A stretch of DNA of 64,000 nt from Takakia lepidozioides. Its lineage: Eukaryota > Plantae > Bryophyta. Under the pieces are notes generated by a model that was not told the origin of the DNA, ran no database searches, and worked only from the letters and a program-made list of their open reading frames with translations. Below, in pieces: positions 53,576 through 64,000 of the stretch. How positions within the stretch are numbered: the stretch's first letter is position 1; every line of letters begins with the position of its first letter. The DNA lies in the NCBI GenBank assembly GCA_030704615.1, contig CM060734.1:49228001-49292000 (forward strand), read 5' to 3'. Both the position numbers and the translations under genes were made by a program.

Positions 53576-56399
53576 GAGACACTAGGTTTTATTTTGTTAT
53601 TATTTTGTTAAAGAGAGAGAAGACTCTGGCCTAAACCGGCGTAACTAAAAGCCACTTCCCCTCACCCTCGCGGCTACTGCCCCCTTTTGGGGGATGGGCT
53701 TGTTTTTTAAATAAAGAGGGGATAGAAGCCCTCACAATTTTATTGATACGGGGATAAAAATTTGGTTTTGTTTTGACTAAAATGAGAGGGCCATATGATT
53801 GAACAACACCAAATCCAGCTTGTTGTAACTAGTGAAACGCTCTTGCTTCACCTCAACGACGACGTTTCCAACATCATTTGTCCTCCGATTTATTGGTGCC
53901 GAGATTTTTTGGGAAAAACCCTATATTTTTGCTGCACCCTATTCGCAGAGCGAAGAGAGCTGCGCCCGGTGCCCCTCATGGGCAGAGGGCTGTGCCCCAT
54001 AAATCTAGATTTTTTATTTCCTAAAATGAGCACCCCAGGGCCGAACAATTCTTGGGTTCGAACCCTTCACTCACCACCAAGAGCATACGCATGGAAAAAC
54101 TGACAGAGAAATAGGGGGGTATTTGACCTTTGCAACTGCTTCGACAGTAGCGTCCCAAACGCACCTTGGGGAGAGAAGAAGCAGGAGGGCCCCAAAAATC
54201 TATTTTGTTTTACTTTTCAACTGCTTTATCTCTTGTCATAAAGAATTTTTGATAATGCTTAGCTTCGCGTGCTTTCCAATCGAGGATGAGGCCGGGGGCT
54301 GGAATAGGAGGGGAAAAGACAGGGGCGCGGAGAAGAAACTGCAGAGAGAGAATAGAACCGAAGTCCTCAATAGATATCAAATAAATCAGATAAAAGGAAA
54401 GAAATGTAGTCTGGACTAAGCCTAGTGCCACTTTCAAACATGCTTGTCTGTTGCGTGTGATTTTCACATCATGCCCAATTTTTCCTCCACATTTCCAATG
54501 TTTGAAAAAGCACTAGCTACCCCTTACCTTGCACCCTTTACCAATTGATGGGCGCCAGGTCTTGCGAACTCCACAAACTACTAAGTCTTGCAAATGGGGC
54601 TCGTGAAATTAGAAGAATGTATACTGATGGTCAACATTGATAGCACACCTCCACATTCTAAACATCTCTAGCCTTAGAATGAAAAATTGAACATATATAT
54701 ATATATATATATATCTTATTTTATTTTTTCTTCTCAATGTTGGTTAATTGAATGAGGGTCGGATTTATATCACTTCCATATGGGCGTAGTAATTTACATC
54801 CTCTTGCTTTCTTTCTTGGTCTCTTTAAGCGAAGCATTGGATCAACCTCCCTCTATGGCACCCACAACAGAGGTAATTAATTTTTTTTCACTTTGTACTC
54901 CTTGGGCTTTTCAGTCCCTTTGTTATAATTTAAGTTCAGGGCTTCCAGAGTCTCCTTTATTTAAAAAAAAGAAAACAAATGTTGAAATTAGGTGGATATC
55001 AATGTAATTATAGCAATAGACAATTCGTGTGATCAAAGGACTTCACAATGTACCCTAGTTGCCTGCATATGACCGGATGATCCTTGGTAGATTGTGAATG
55101 TTGGAGTCTACAATGAAACTCATGAAGGAATTCTATGACATCTATATGGCTATTTCAACTGTGAAATTCTCTCACATTTGCACAACTATGGTCAGCGCGT
55201 GTGTTTTGGGCATTCCGAGTGTAATGGTGGGACAAACAAGTTGGGAGAATCTTGGCACTAATGGCGTGTTGAAAGAGTTTGATATAGGTCCTCGACAAAT
55301 GCGATATGTACATCCTAAGGCATATGAGCAAAGGTGAATTAGGAGGGGAAAAAACCAGTATTGGACCAGTATCATAAACATTCCATACCAGCTAGGGTTT
55401 GGTATTGTTGGTGAAGAGGCCTCCTTCATACCTCGCAGGTAATGTATCAAAGTAGATATCAAATTTTAAATGTACCAGTATGGTATGTATATTGTTTCTT
55501 ATTTTGCCTGGTCACTATGATATGCCGGTCTTAGTATTGCAATTTTCAAAACTTATACTGGGGGTATATCAAGATTGGTATCAATATATTGCAACATATA
55601 GCCAAAATCAACAAAAAAGGCTTGAGAACAATAGCACCTAACACTTTGACCACATGAGAACCTCAAGCCCTTACTGAGCTTACTAAAACACAATGCAATC
55701 GCATCATTAACCCAATGCTGAATCGCTAGCTTTTAAGCAAAAATGCCAAAGCTCAAGACATGTGCAAAGCACTTTACATTAGAAATCCATCTGGCAGGTA
55801 GAGAGAGAGAGAGGACTCCAGCCGAAGCCGGCCTAACTAAGAGCCACTTCGCCTCACAGCTCTGGCACGTACAATCAAAGAGCCGCAACTCTCTATTGTT
55901 GCACCCTAATCCCTAACGCTCCACATTTTGATACCCAGGGTGCAAGCGACAGGTGGAAGACGGAGTACTGGTATCAACAAAGCTGCGTTCTTTGCAATAC
56001 CAGGCTGGTCTGGTAGGAGCCTGGTATTAGGGTTTCGCCCATTGCTTATACCCGCATGGTCTGGTACCCTACAGTGATACCCTTACCTATGTTGATACCC
56101 CGCCTCTCCCCCATATACCGGTCCAACATTGGAAAAAACCATTCGTCAGTGTCAAGCAGTGTCTTGTTGTAAACCGATAGTCCACTACATTGGGGCTAAT
56201 GTGAGGCGTGGTGTGTGATGGTCATCCGCGGTGAAAGTGCTTCGACTATCTTGTGGAGATGGATGAGGCACCTCTTTCTATTCCTATGGATTTTGCTTAC
56301 TTAAAAGAGATGTGGCCAAACTGTAGTAGTGTGGGATCTTTATTCATTTTCCAAGAGAGAAGCTGGAAAGGGCGGTTATAAAGGAATGGGTAATGTCAC

Positions 56400-56900
56400 A
56401 TCTGGGGGGCTCAAGGACCTCAAGCAACACTTTTGCCATACCAAAGGAAGGGGATTCTTCTCAATAGTTTTTGAAACCAAAGAAGCTGTAAACAAGGCAC
56501 TGATTGGCCTTCAACCGACATCATAGTGGACTAAATGTCAATATCTTTCCATGGGTAACATGAACAGGAAGTTGTGAGCCATCACAATTGCACAAATCCA
56601 AACCAGTATCTCTATTTTCTCCTGAACGTTGGGAATGCCTTTGATTATTACTTGGGCTGCTGGGTAGTCTTTGACCCAGAGATATGCTTAGACTCTCTCA
56701 GGCAGGAACCAGATTGGAAAGGAGTGACAATCGCTTCCACGATGAAAGAGAATGGTCTGCCAAAAAATGTCAATATGATGCCTAATGAGGGGCAAATCCC
56801 AAGTTACATGAGGCTTACTTTACTGTGAAGCTCATGGAGGACTTGCCAGAGGCGGTGTGCTTCATCTGTGGAAAGCAAGGACACCTAAAAGCGGTCTTCC
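56400..56900 (+). mobile_element. L1-type LINE ORF1 remnant
   Basis: KGRGFFSIVFETKEAVNKAL (DUF4283-like) followed by a decayed zinc knuckle CFICGKQGHL at ~56858-56890. Confidence 0.6.
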
Positions 56901-58214
56901 TAGATAGCAAGAGGAAAAGACACTCCCCACCTAATAGGAAACCCCTCCACTAATTGACATTTCGTCGCATCGGAATCACTTCCTAACATGCTGCACAATT
57001 GTATCTTTCCTACGAGTTTGATGCAGCCAACGACACCTTAGGCAAAAGAGGCCCATACAGGGTCCAACAACATTCTGTCACACCCATCAAGGCAGCCTGC
57101 TAACACAAGAGGGACAATGGACATGCGTACCCAAAACTGGAATATTTCGGTCCAGCTTCATGACATTAGACCCACTACTTGTAAGCAATCACAATCATAA
57201 GACAGTGAGAGACAGAGTTAGTAATGACCTCAATATTGACTACATCCTATAACTGTCTCTCCTCCACCTCCTTTTCTACTTGCTGCAAGATCAAGTTAGA
57301 AGCAGATACAAAGTGGTAAGTTCTTCCCTTGATCTCTTTCATCATGTATTCCCTAATCAGCATAATAAAAGATAGCTCATCCCATGCCACCTCTCACTTC
57401 CCGAGCTCTTTATGAAACTCAACTCCCGAACTTCCATGGTCATAAATCCAATTCAACTAAGGATATTAATGGTTCTAAATTCCCTAGCCCCTAGTCGAAT
57501 ACTGTTTATTCTTCATTGTCTAATGTAAACTGTATGAACTTGATCTCGGTCCTCATGTGAGGTGTTGGGTAAAGCACCAAGATGAGTCTTCATCCTTTTC
57601 ATGTCAGGTTGCTCATCTTTCACTAAACTCTAACTTTATCCATGTATTATTTAGAAAAGAATTGTCCTCTGCAATTGCTAGATACACCATACTTCACTGA
57701 GCTTCAACAATACCTAACCCCCTTTTCATTGCTGGAATTGAGACAAGACTTCTAAGTTCCCTCGATTTTTTTGGGGCCTCCTTGTTCAAGCATTACGGTA
57801 ATAAGGACTCCCTGTCGGACTGTTATCGTTATTTTAGGGTGAACCCGGGTGTTTGTGGAGCCGCCCATTTTGACAAACACCTGGGGTCACTCATCATTAT
57901 CTAACATAGCAATGGTGTTATGAAGATCTTGTTCTGATGGTTGACCAAGGGGGTGCTGAGAAATTGAGACGGCTTGGTGTTGATATACATAGTACAATAC
58001 ATGCATACTGCATGATACAATATGTAAAAACAGGTTGTTTTAGATTGAGTTCATAACCCTTAACTTTACATATACTCTGGAAACGTACTACTTGCCTATC
58101 AAGCATTGAAAATAGAAATCCCAAATAGAATGTATCTCTTTGGAGATTCACAAGTGGATTCTCGAAAGAAGCACATTCTATTTGGTTCAAGGGTTTTGGG
58201 CTTGGTAAAGTCCT

Positions 58215-58680
58215 ACCAGGTACAATCCCCTCACACAAGAGGTTTGTGCTTATGTGTAGCATCCCCAGATCCTCATGAACCCAAAAGCACCTGATGAACG
58301 CAAAGGCAAGGCAACAGTCAGCTTCACACTTTGGTAGTGGGGAGAGATTTCCTTTTCACCTCATGCACATCATGTAATACAAAGGGTGTTTCAAGCACTT
58401 ATCTGGCCTACTGCATCAGCCGGGGATACAATTTGTGTCCAGCTGAAGCATGTGTTCAATAGGAGCACATCAGGCGTGGGGTGTCATGGGTCCTTGTTGA
58501 GAATGGTGTTCGCCACACGTTCTGCTATCTCCACATCACCATGAATTCTACAGGCACCCAGTAAGGTCCTCCATACACGAGCATCTGGTTCAATTGGCAT
58601 TTTGTTGATGAAGTCCTCTGCCTCATCCAATAGCCCTGCACGGCCAAAAGGATCCACCATGTAGCCAAAATGCATCGTTT
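58215..58680 (-). pseudogene. PPR-E-DYW pseudogene fragment
   Basis: HFGYMVDPFGRAGLLDEAEDFINKMPIEPDARVWRTLLGACRIHG, then a stop, a deletion, and decayed FVLHDV..YQSVKLTVA (former HHSEKLA) and GMLHISTNL. Confidence 0.85.
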
Positions 58681-60885
58681 TCCCATCAACTACTCTATAT
58701 GTGCCGATTATAGAACTCAAGTTTCATCTGAGAACTATGCTGTGACATATGACTTGGATTTGTTCCCTTCTTGGATTGCAGGTACGTAAACTATGGTCAG
58801 AAGGGTGCTGCCATGGAAGAGCAGGCTTGTACTAGGCTTCGCAATCGTTTTGACTTCCAGCTTGGCTGCATCGACTTATTCTCTGTAAGTCTCCTTTTTC
58901 ACCTGGAAAAACCTATCTTCTAGAGGTCATTATGTACTTCAATCGATGGAAGGATAGTGGCTATGAAATTATCATGGGGTGATCACTAAGAGGTTCCTTC
59001 CTTAGTGGAAGGTGGGACTGGGGGGTTGGGGTGTCTGGTGTTGGGGGTTGGTGAAGCTACAGCCAGAGATCACCTGCTTGAAATGGGTGGAAGGCAGGTT
59101 GGAGAAGCATTTAGCGGGCTGCAGTATCCAGCAAGGCCACATGTGCCCTTGCCACACAGAACTCTGATGATTCTGGCGTTTGGCACCAGCTATGCCTCCC
59201 AGGTTTTTATCTCCAGTATTTTGCAGCAACCAACTGAATTTTGAGTTCATAACTTGTCTATGAGAATGGTCCAGTGATTGCTTTAGGCAACTTAGGGGAG
59301 GTCAGTTCAAGAAAGAATCCTCTTTGTGAAACACCAGATATGGGACTCTCAGTGCCAGTCAAGTTTATTAAGATACTTGGCATGTCGTGGAGATGCGCTA
59401 GTGAATATTTTTGTTTATCTTTGCTCTTGAGGTTCATTTGAGTTTCACTGGCTGTCAGATAGGGTGAATAACTGGCCGTTGTTTGGATCAGACAGTACTG
59501 GGGCTTGCATTCATGTGCTTTGGAGCACCAGTGCTTTAACAATCTCCACATACACATTGCTGTTTGTGGAGGTGAACTTTGAGAGAGATTGTGTCCTTAT
59601 TGTGCATTTATGGAGAGTTGAATGATGGGGGGGGTGACATGATTGTGATTGAAGATAGGGTGCACTGGCATTCAACAAAGATGACCTTGGCACCATCCCA
59701 TACCTGTGGTTCTACTTCCTTCTTTTGTCCTGGGATTGGCCTTTACCCACTTTAGGATGGCTTTTTATCCGTGGAGTTTCACAAGTACATTGCAATAGCG
59801 GGGATGGGCAGGGGGCTGGTGTCAATGAAATTCTCATCTACAAATAGTTGTTGTTTGGCTGTGCAGCTCATTGCAGTCATTTCTGGACAGCTTTCGAGCA
59901 ACTGTAGCCACTCTGCAGCCTTCTGTGACACTGGTTGCTCCCCTCAGGTCCGTGCCAACTTTTATCCTTGCAATATGGTTCCTCACTTTCAGATCATAGG
60001 AAGCAACAGTAGAAGTAGGAAGAGCATTGGTGTCTGCTTAAAAGTGACTCCCTTCCATGTAGCTACAAGCTCATAGATCCATCAAACCATTCAGAGCAAG
60101 AACAGCAGTAGTATGTGTACACAATCAGCACATGCAAACAGATTTGAGCTTTGAGAGAGCTCAAAGCCTCACTCCCCTAGTCTCTTGCCCTTAGTAGCAT
60201 TCCTGCAACAACTGGATGCATCACAGCCAACCAACCAACGCGAGGTTAGTGATCCCTGTGGAACCCCAGGCTTAAACCACTTTACATGTTTTATCAATGT
60301 CGTCCCTGCAATAGGTCACACAAGCAAAGAGAGGATAGGGAAGGAAGGTCCTTTCAGCCATTTCAGTCAACAATAGGTACACATCTTAGCAGCACCTATT
60401 TCAGCCCATGCTCCAGAGGGAGGGGGTTGTTTCATGTCAGTAAGCACCTGTTCCCAAAAGGAGGTGTTCCTAGAGCGAAGTACTCAAGCAAGGGGACATA
60501 CTCAAGCAAGGGGACATAGAGGCCTTTAGTTTGCAAAAGTAGTGATAGAGATTCAGATTAGAGCTTAGTCAAGTCCATGTAAGTTCCTCATAGTGTCAAC
60601 TCTCTTTGTGTTGACATACAAAGCAGCGTATACTCCAGTATGCTGCTTCTACAGGGCCGAGCACAAGATATCATGGATTAGTTCACCATTTAAATGTCGT
60701 GTTCGTTCACTAGAAACCTTATGGACATACCATTCTCCTTGTCTTGCAACAGACATGTACGAGTCGCTCAAAAAGTGATTTCTCAACATTGCAACAAGCT
60801 TAAGTAATCCGAGAGTTGGATAAGGCAATTCTTGAGTGTTGTCACAAAGAACTTAGCCACATTCAATGAAAAGAGAGAGAAAGAA

Positions 60886-61337
60886 TGTACTAGTAAGATG
60901 TCTGTCGTAGCCTTGTGGCCATTGACCCCGCCCAGTTTGAGTGGAACACAAAGGGACAGAAACTACCTCTGTCAGGGGCTGATGCCGGTAGTATGACTTA
61001 CCTGGAACAGACAATTGATCCGAGTTTTCCGATATCCTCTAGAAATCCCTTTACACAAGCATCAATCTGCTGTGTGTGATTTGCAATAACTAGGCCCCAA
61101 AAGGGCCTGAGCTTTCGGCTCAGCCTCGAGATTTTCAAAGTTGGTAAACAGAGGTACAGGCAGAAATCCCTTAGTGGATTTGAAGAGGGCGTCTCTCAGC
61201 AGGACAATGAATCAGGAAATGAATATTGTCTTCAGGTTGCCCACATAATGGGAATTTGCAATCCCCCTTTCCTCTCTGCTTCTGTTTACTGTTCAAAGTA
61301 GGCTTTCCTGTCCCAAGTTTAAATTTCAGCCTAGTGC
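60886..61337 (-). mobile_element. 5'-truncated non-LTR retrotransposon, family copy 3
   Basis: TRLKFKLGTGKPTLNSKQKQRGKGDCKFPLCGQPEDNIHFLIHCP with the family 3' end. Flanked by near-identical TC-rich repeats at 61338-61358 and 60867-60885. Confidence 0.8.
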
Positions 61338-61358
61338 TGAAAAGAGAGAGAGAGAGAA

Positions 61359-61605
61359 TATACTCAGAAGACATTGTTTGCCGTAGCCTTGTGGCCATAA
61401 ACACCTCGCCCAATTTGGGGGAAACAGAAGGGACCAGAAACTACCTTCGTGAGTGGCTCACTCCAGTAGTGTGACTTTCCTTGGTATAAACAATTAGTTT
61501 TGGCTTTCCAGATATCCTCTAGAAAGCCCTTCACAGCATCAATCTGCTGTGTCTGAGCAGCCCAGAAGTTAGACCCCAACAGGGCCAGCACTTTAGGCTC
61601 AGCCG
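61359..61605 (-). mobile_element. 5'-truncated non-LTR retrotransposon, family copy 4
   Basis: NFWAAQTQQIDAVKGFLEDIWK..GRGVYGHKATANNVF, homologous to the other copies. TC-rich sequence on both sides. Confidence 0.8.
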
Positions 61606-62581
61606 AGAGGGAGAGAGATAAGACTAGTCATGTCAAGGCTAGAAAAGAAGAAGTCTGATTCAGATTGCTTCTTTTTAAGAGAACGACATCAGCAGCCTTA
61701 GAAACGGCTCTATTTGCACAACTCAATAAAAACCAGCAATTCATAGATCAAGGTCAAGTAGTTTTTTTGTTGAGAAAACCACTTTTGGGTACAAAAAAAG
61801 AAGAACAAGACCAGATCTGGAAAAGAGGTCTGTCCAATCAGCTAACTGTAGAGGACCAATACATCCTAGAACAGTAGCAACTCAGAGGACCAAGTGGTGG
61901 GAGGGTGGCAAAGGTCACATCACACACCGCTTTAAAGTTCTTAGGAAGGACAAACCAGATTACATGAGTGCCATGCTCAAGTCAGTAGATACCACGAAAA
62001 CGAAAGGGCACTCTTGAAGAGTAGAAGCATGCAAATGCTGATTGAAAAGAAGAATTGCAAGACTGTTTAGAGGAAGCATGTTCATCAGTTCATCATAAAC
62101 AAAAGAAATGCCAGGTAAGAAAAACACAGCCTATTAGAGGTGTGTTGGGCTTACCACAAACTCTAAAACTTCAAGAAGCAGCAAACAAAGTATATGGCAT
62201 AGCAAACAAAACAAGGAGGCAAAGATTTAGCCTCCATGTGGTCTCTTCCGCGATCCTGTAGAGGAGTCAAGCTTAAAAGTAAGGGCTGGAACCTCATCTG
62301 GTCCCGTCACAAGCAACCACAAAAACCAATAGGTTAGTGACTATTGTGGACTACCAGGCTTTTTAAGCCCAGCCCACTTTTTATCGATTTCCACTCTTAA
62401 GAGCCGTCAAGGGTGATTGATTCAAGGATGCCAACTCAAACAGACATACTTGTGTACAGCTTTTTCTCAAAGTTGATGACTTGGTAGTTTTGTAATCCTG
62501 TTAGTATGTAGCAAGAAATCTTCCCATGAAGAGATCTCTCTTAGCATAAAGGTTTGTAACTAAAGCTTTAAGTCATGCAGG

Positions 62582-64000
62582 ATGGCAGAGTTGAATCAGA
62601 CAACGTTAGTTGCTGGACTTCAGACTGGTGGCGGGGGTAGCTTCTCCGCCATCCCTTTTGAAAGAGGACCAAGAGAGGGAGTCGACAAAAAATGTTCTGG
62701 TACTTGTGCGGAAGTGAGGACTCTTTGTAGGGCAGGACGATTGAAAGAGGCACTGTGCCTTTTGAAGCAATGGGGCATTCAGGCAGACTCCAGTACTTAT
62801 GTCTGTGTCTTGCAGGAGTGCATCAATCTGAAAAGCCTTGCAGAGGGAAAGCAGGTGCATGCCCACATTATCCAAAGCGGATTTAAGCCAAGCCTCTTTC
62901 TACTCAACACCCTTGTCAACATGTATGCCAAGTGTGGAAGCGTGGTTGATGCACGCCAAGTGTTTGACAAAATGCCAGAACGGAATTTGTTTACGTGGAC
63001 TATAATGGTAGCAGGATATGCCAAGCATGGGTGTGGTAGGGAGGCGTTCGAGATCTACGCTAAAATGCAACAGGAAGGGGTTGCACCTAACAAGGTCACA
63101 TTCGTCTGCATTCTCAATGCATGTGCCAGCCTAGGAACCCTGGAAAAGGGCAAAGAGGTCCATGCTGACATTGTGAAAGCTGGGATTGCATCAGATGTAG
63201 TTCTGGAAACTGCGCTTGCTGACATGTACGCCAAATGCGGTAGCATAAACGATGCACGTCAAGTTTTCGACAATATGGCTCAACGAAATGTTGTCTCATG
63301 GAGTGCAATGATCGCAGGTTATGCCCAGCATGGTTATGCTAGGGAGGCTTTCCAGGTTTATGAGAAAATGATAGAGGAAGGGGTGACTCCTGACAAAGTA
63401 GCATTCATTTCCATTCTCAATGTGTGTGCCAGCCTAGGTGCCCTGAAAAAGGGCAAAGAGGTCCATGCTGACATCATGAAAGCTGTGATTGCGCGAGACA
63501 TCATTATGGAGACTGCCCTTGCTGACATGTATGCCAAATGTGGTAACCTAAAGGAAGCGCGACAAGTATTTGACAATATGGCTGAACGGAATGTGATCTC
63601 ATGGAATGCCATGATTGCAGGATATGTACAGCACGGGTGGAGTAGGGAGGCTTTCGAGATCTACGAGCAAATGCAACAGAAAGGAGTGACGCCAGACAGG
63701 GTTACGTTCATTTCTATTCTCAATGCATGTGCCAGCCTGGCAGCCTTAGAAAAGGGCAAAGAGGTCCATTCTGACATCATCAAAGCTGGAATTGCATCAT
63801 ATGTTAACTTGGAGACTGCTCTTGTTGATATGTATTGCAAATGTGGTAGCATGATTGATGCTCGTCGAGTGTTTGACAATATGGCTGAACGAGACTCACT
63901 CTCATGGAGTGTGATGATCATAGGGTGTGCCCAGCATGGGTGGGGTAGGGAGGCCCTGCAACTATTTGAACAAATGCAACAGGAAGGCTTGAAGCCAAAC
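62582..64000 (+). CDS. PLS-class PPR protein, 3' end beyond the window; paralog of the 6.6 kb gene, probably an E/DYW editing factor
   Basis: Manually translated open frame from ATG 62582 to the window end: MAELNQTTLV..ERGPRE..VRTLCRAGRLKEAL.., four L-S-P triplets at a 303-nt period (GKEVHADI, MYAKCG, VSWSAMIAGY), ending EALQLFEQMQQEGLKPN. Not in the ORF track because no stop codon is reached. Confidence 0.95.
   Translation, partial: MAELNQTTLVAGLQTGGGGSFSAIPFERGPREGVDKKCSGTCAEVRTLCRAGRLKEALCLLKQWGIQADSSTYVCVLQECINLKSLAEGKQVHAHIIQSGFKPSLFLLNTLVNMYAKCGSVVDARQVFDKMPERNLFTWTIMVAGYAKHGCGREAFEIYAKMQQEGVAPNKVTFVCILNACASLGTLEKGKEVHADIVKAGIASDVVLETALADMYAKCGSINDARQVFDNMAQRNVVSWSAMIAGYAQHGYAREAFQVYEKMIEEGVTPDKVAFISILNVCASLGALKKGKEVHADIMKAVIARDIIMETALADMYAKCGNLKEARQVFDNMAERNVISWNAMIAGYVQHGWSREAFEIYEQMQQKGVTPDRVTFISILNACASLAALEKGKEVHSDIIKAGIASYVNLETALVDMYCKCGSMIDARRVFDNMAERDSLSWSVMIIGCAQHGWGREALQLFEQMQQEGLKPN

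Noticed and set aside
55000-56140. Possible hAT transposase and MITE remnants (ATACC/GGTAT-rich)
   Set aside because: Too degenerate; no convincing TIR or TSD pair.
57300-60050. Further L1-like remnants on the minus strand (GLGI motif near 57715; knuckle-like stretch near 59100)
   Set aside because: Single weak motifs only, and boundaries cannot be supported.

Overview
This is eukaryotic plant nuclear DNA, most plausibly from a non-seed land plant such as a moss (inferred from intronless PLS-class PPR-DYW genes, Tcn1/Tf1-like chromoviruses and an endonuclease-bearing Helitron). Host genes: a two-exon small conserved protein (4.1-4.7 kb), a PPR-DYW organellar RNA-editing factor (6.6-8.2 kb), a paralogous longer PLS-PPR gene running off the right edge (62.6-64 kb; absent from the ORF track), a PPR-DYW pseudogene (58 kb), an ankyrin/PGG membrane-protein locus (9-12 kb), an intronless C-terminally truncated PRP43/DHX15 helicase (12-14 kb), and a ~4 kb segmental duplication carrying a 5-exon GDSL esterase (left copy dead, right copy intact) next to decayed receptor-kinase sequence. 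Between the two duplicates lies a ~28 kb nested transposon stack: a hAT-like MITE, a Helitron/Helentron with a Pif1 helicase-endonuclease fusion, a TSD-flanked Ty3/Gypsy chromovirus with a candidate self-priming PBS and a pol fragment captured in its 3' LTR, a TIR element, a CACTA remnant, a second Gypsy, and tandem repeats. The most unusual signal is a four-copy non-LTR retroelement family with no poly(A) tail that appears to insert at (TC)-rich microsatellite targets, including directly behind another copy of itself. I found no prokaryote-type system, CRISPR array, rRNA or intact tRNA. Nothing here can be called a proven new system without database searches, and all family assignments come from motif recognition by eye.
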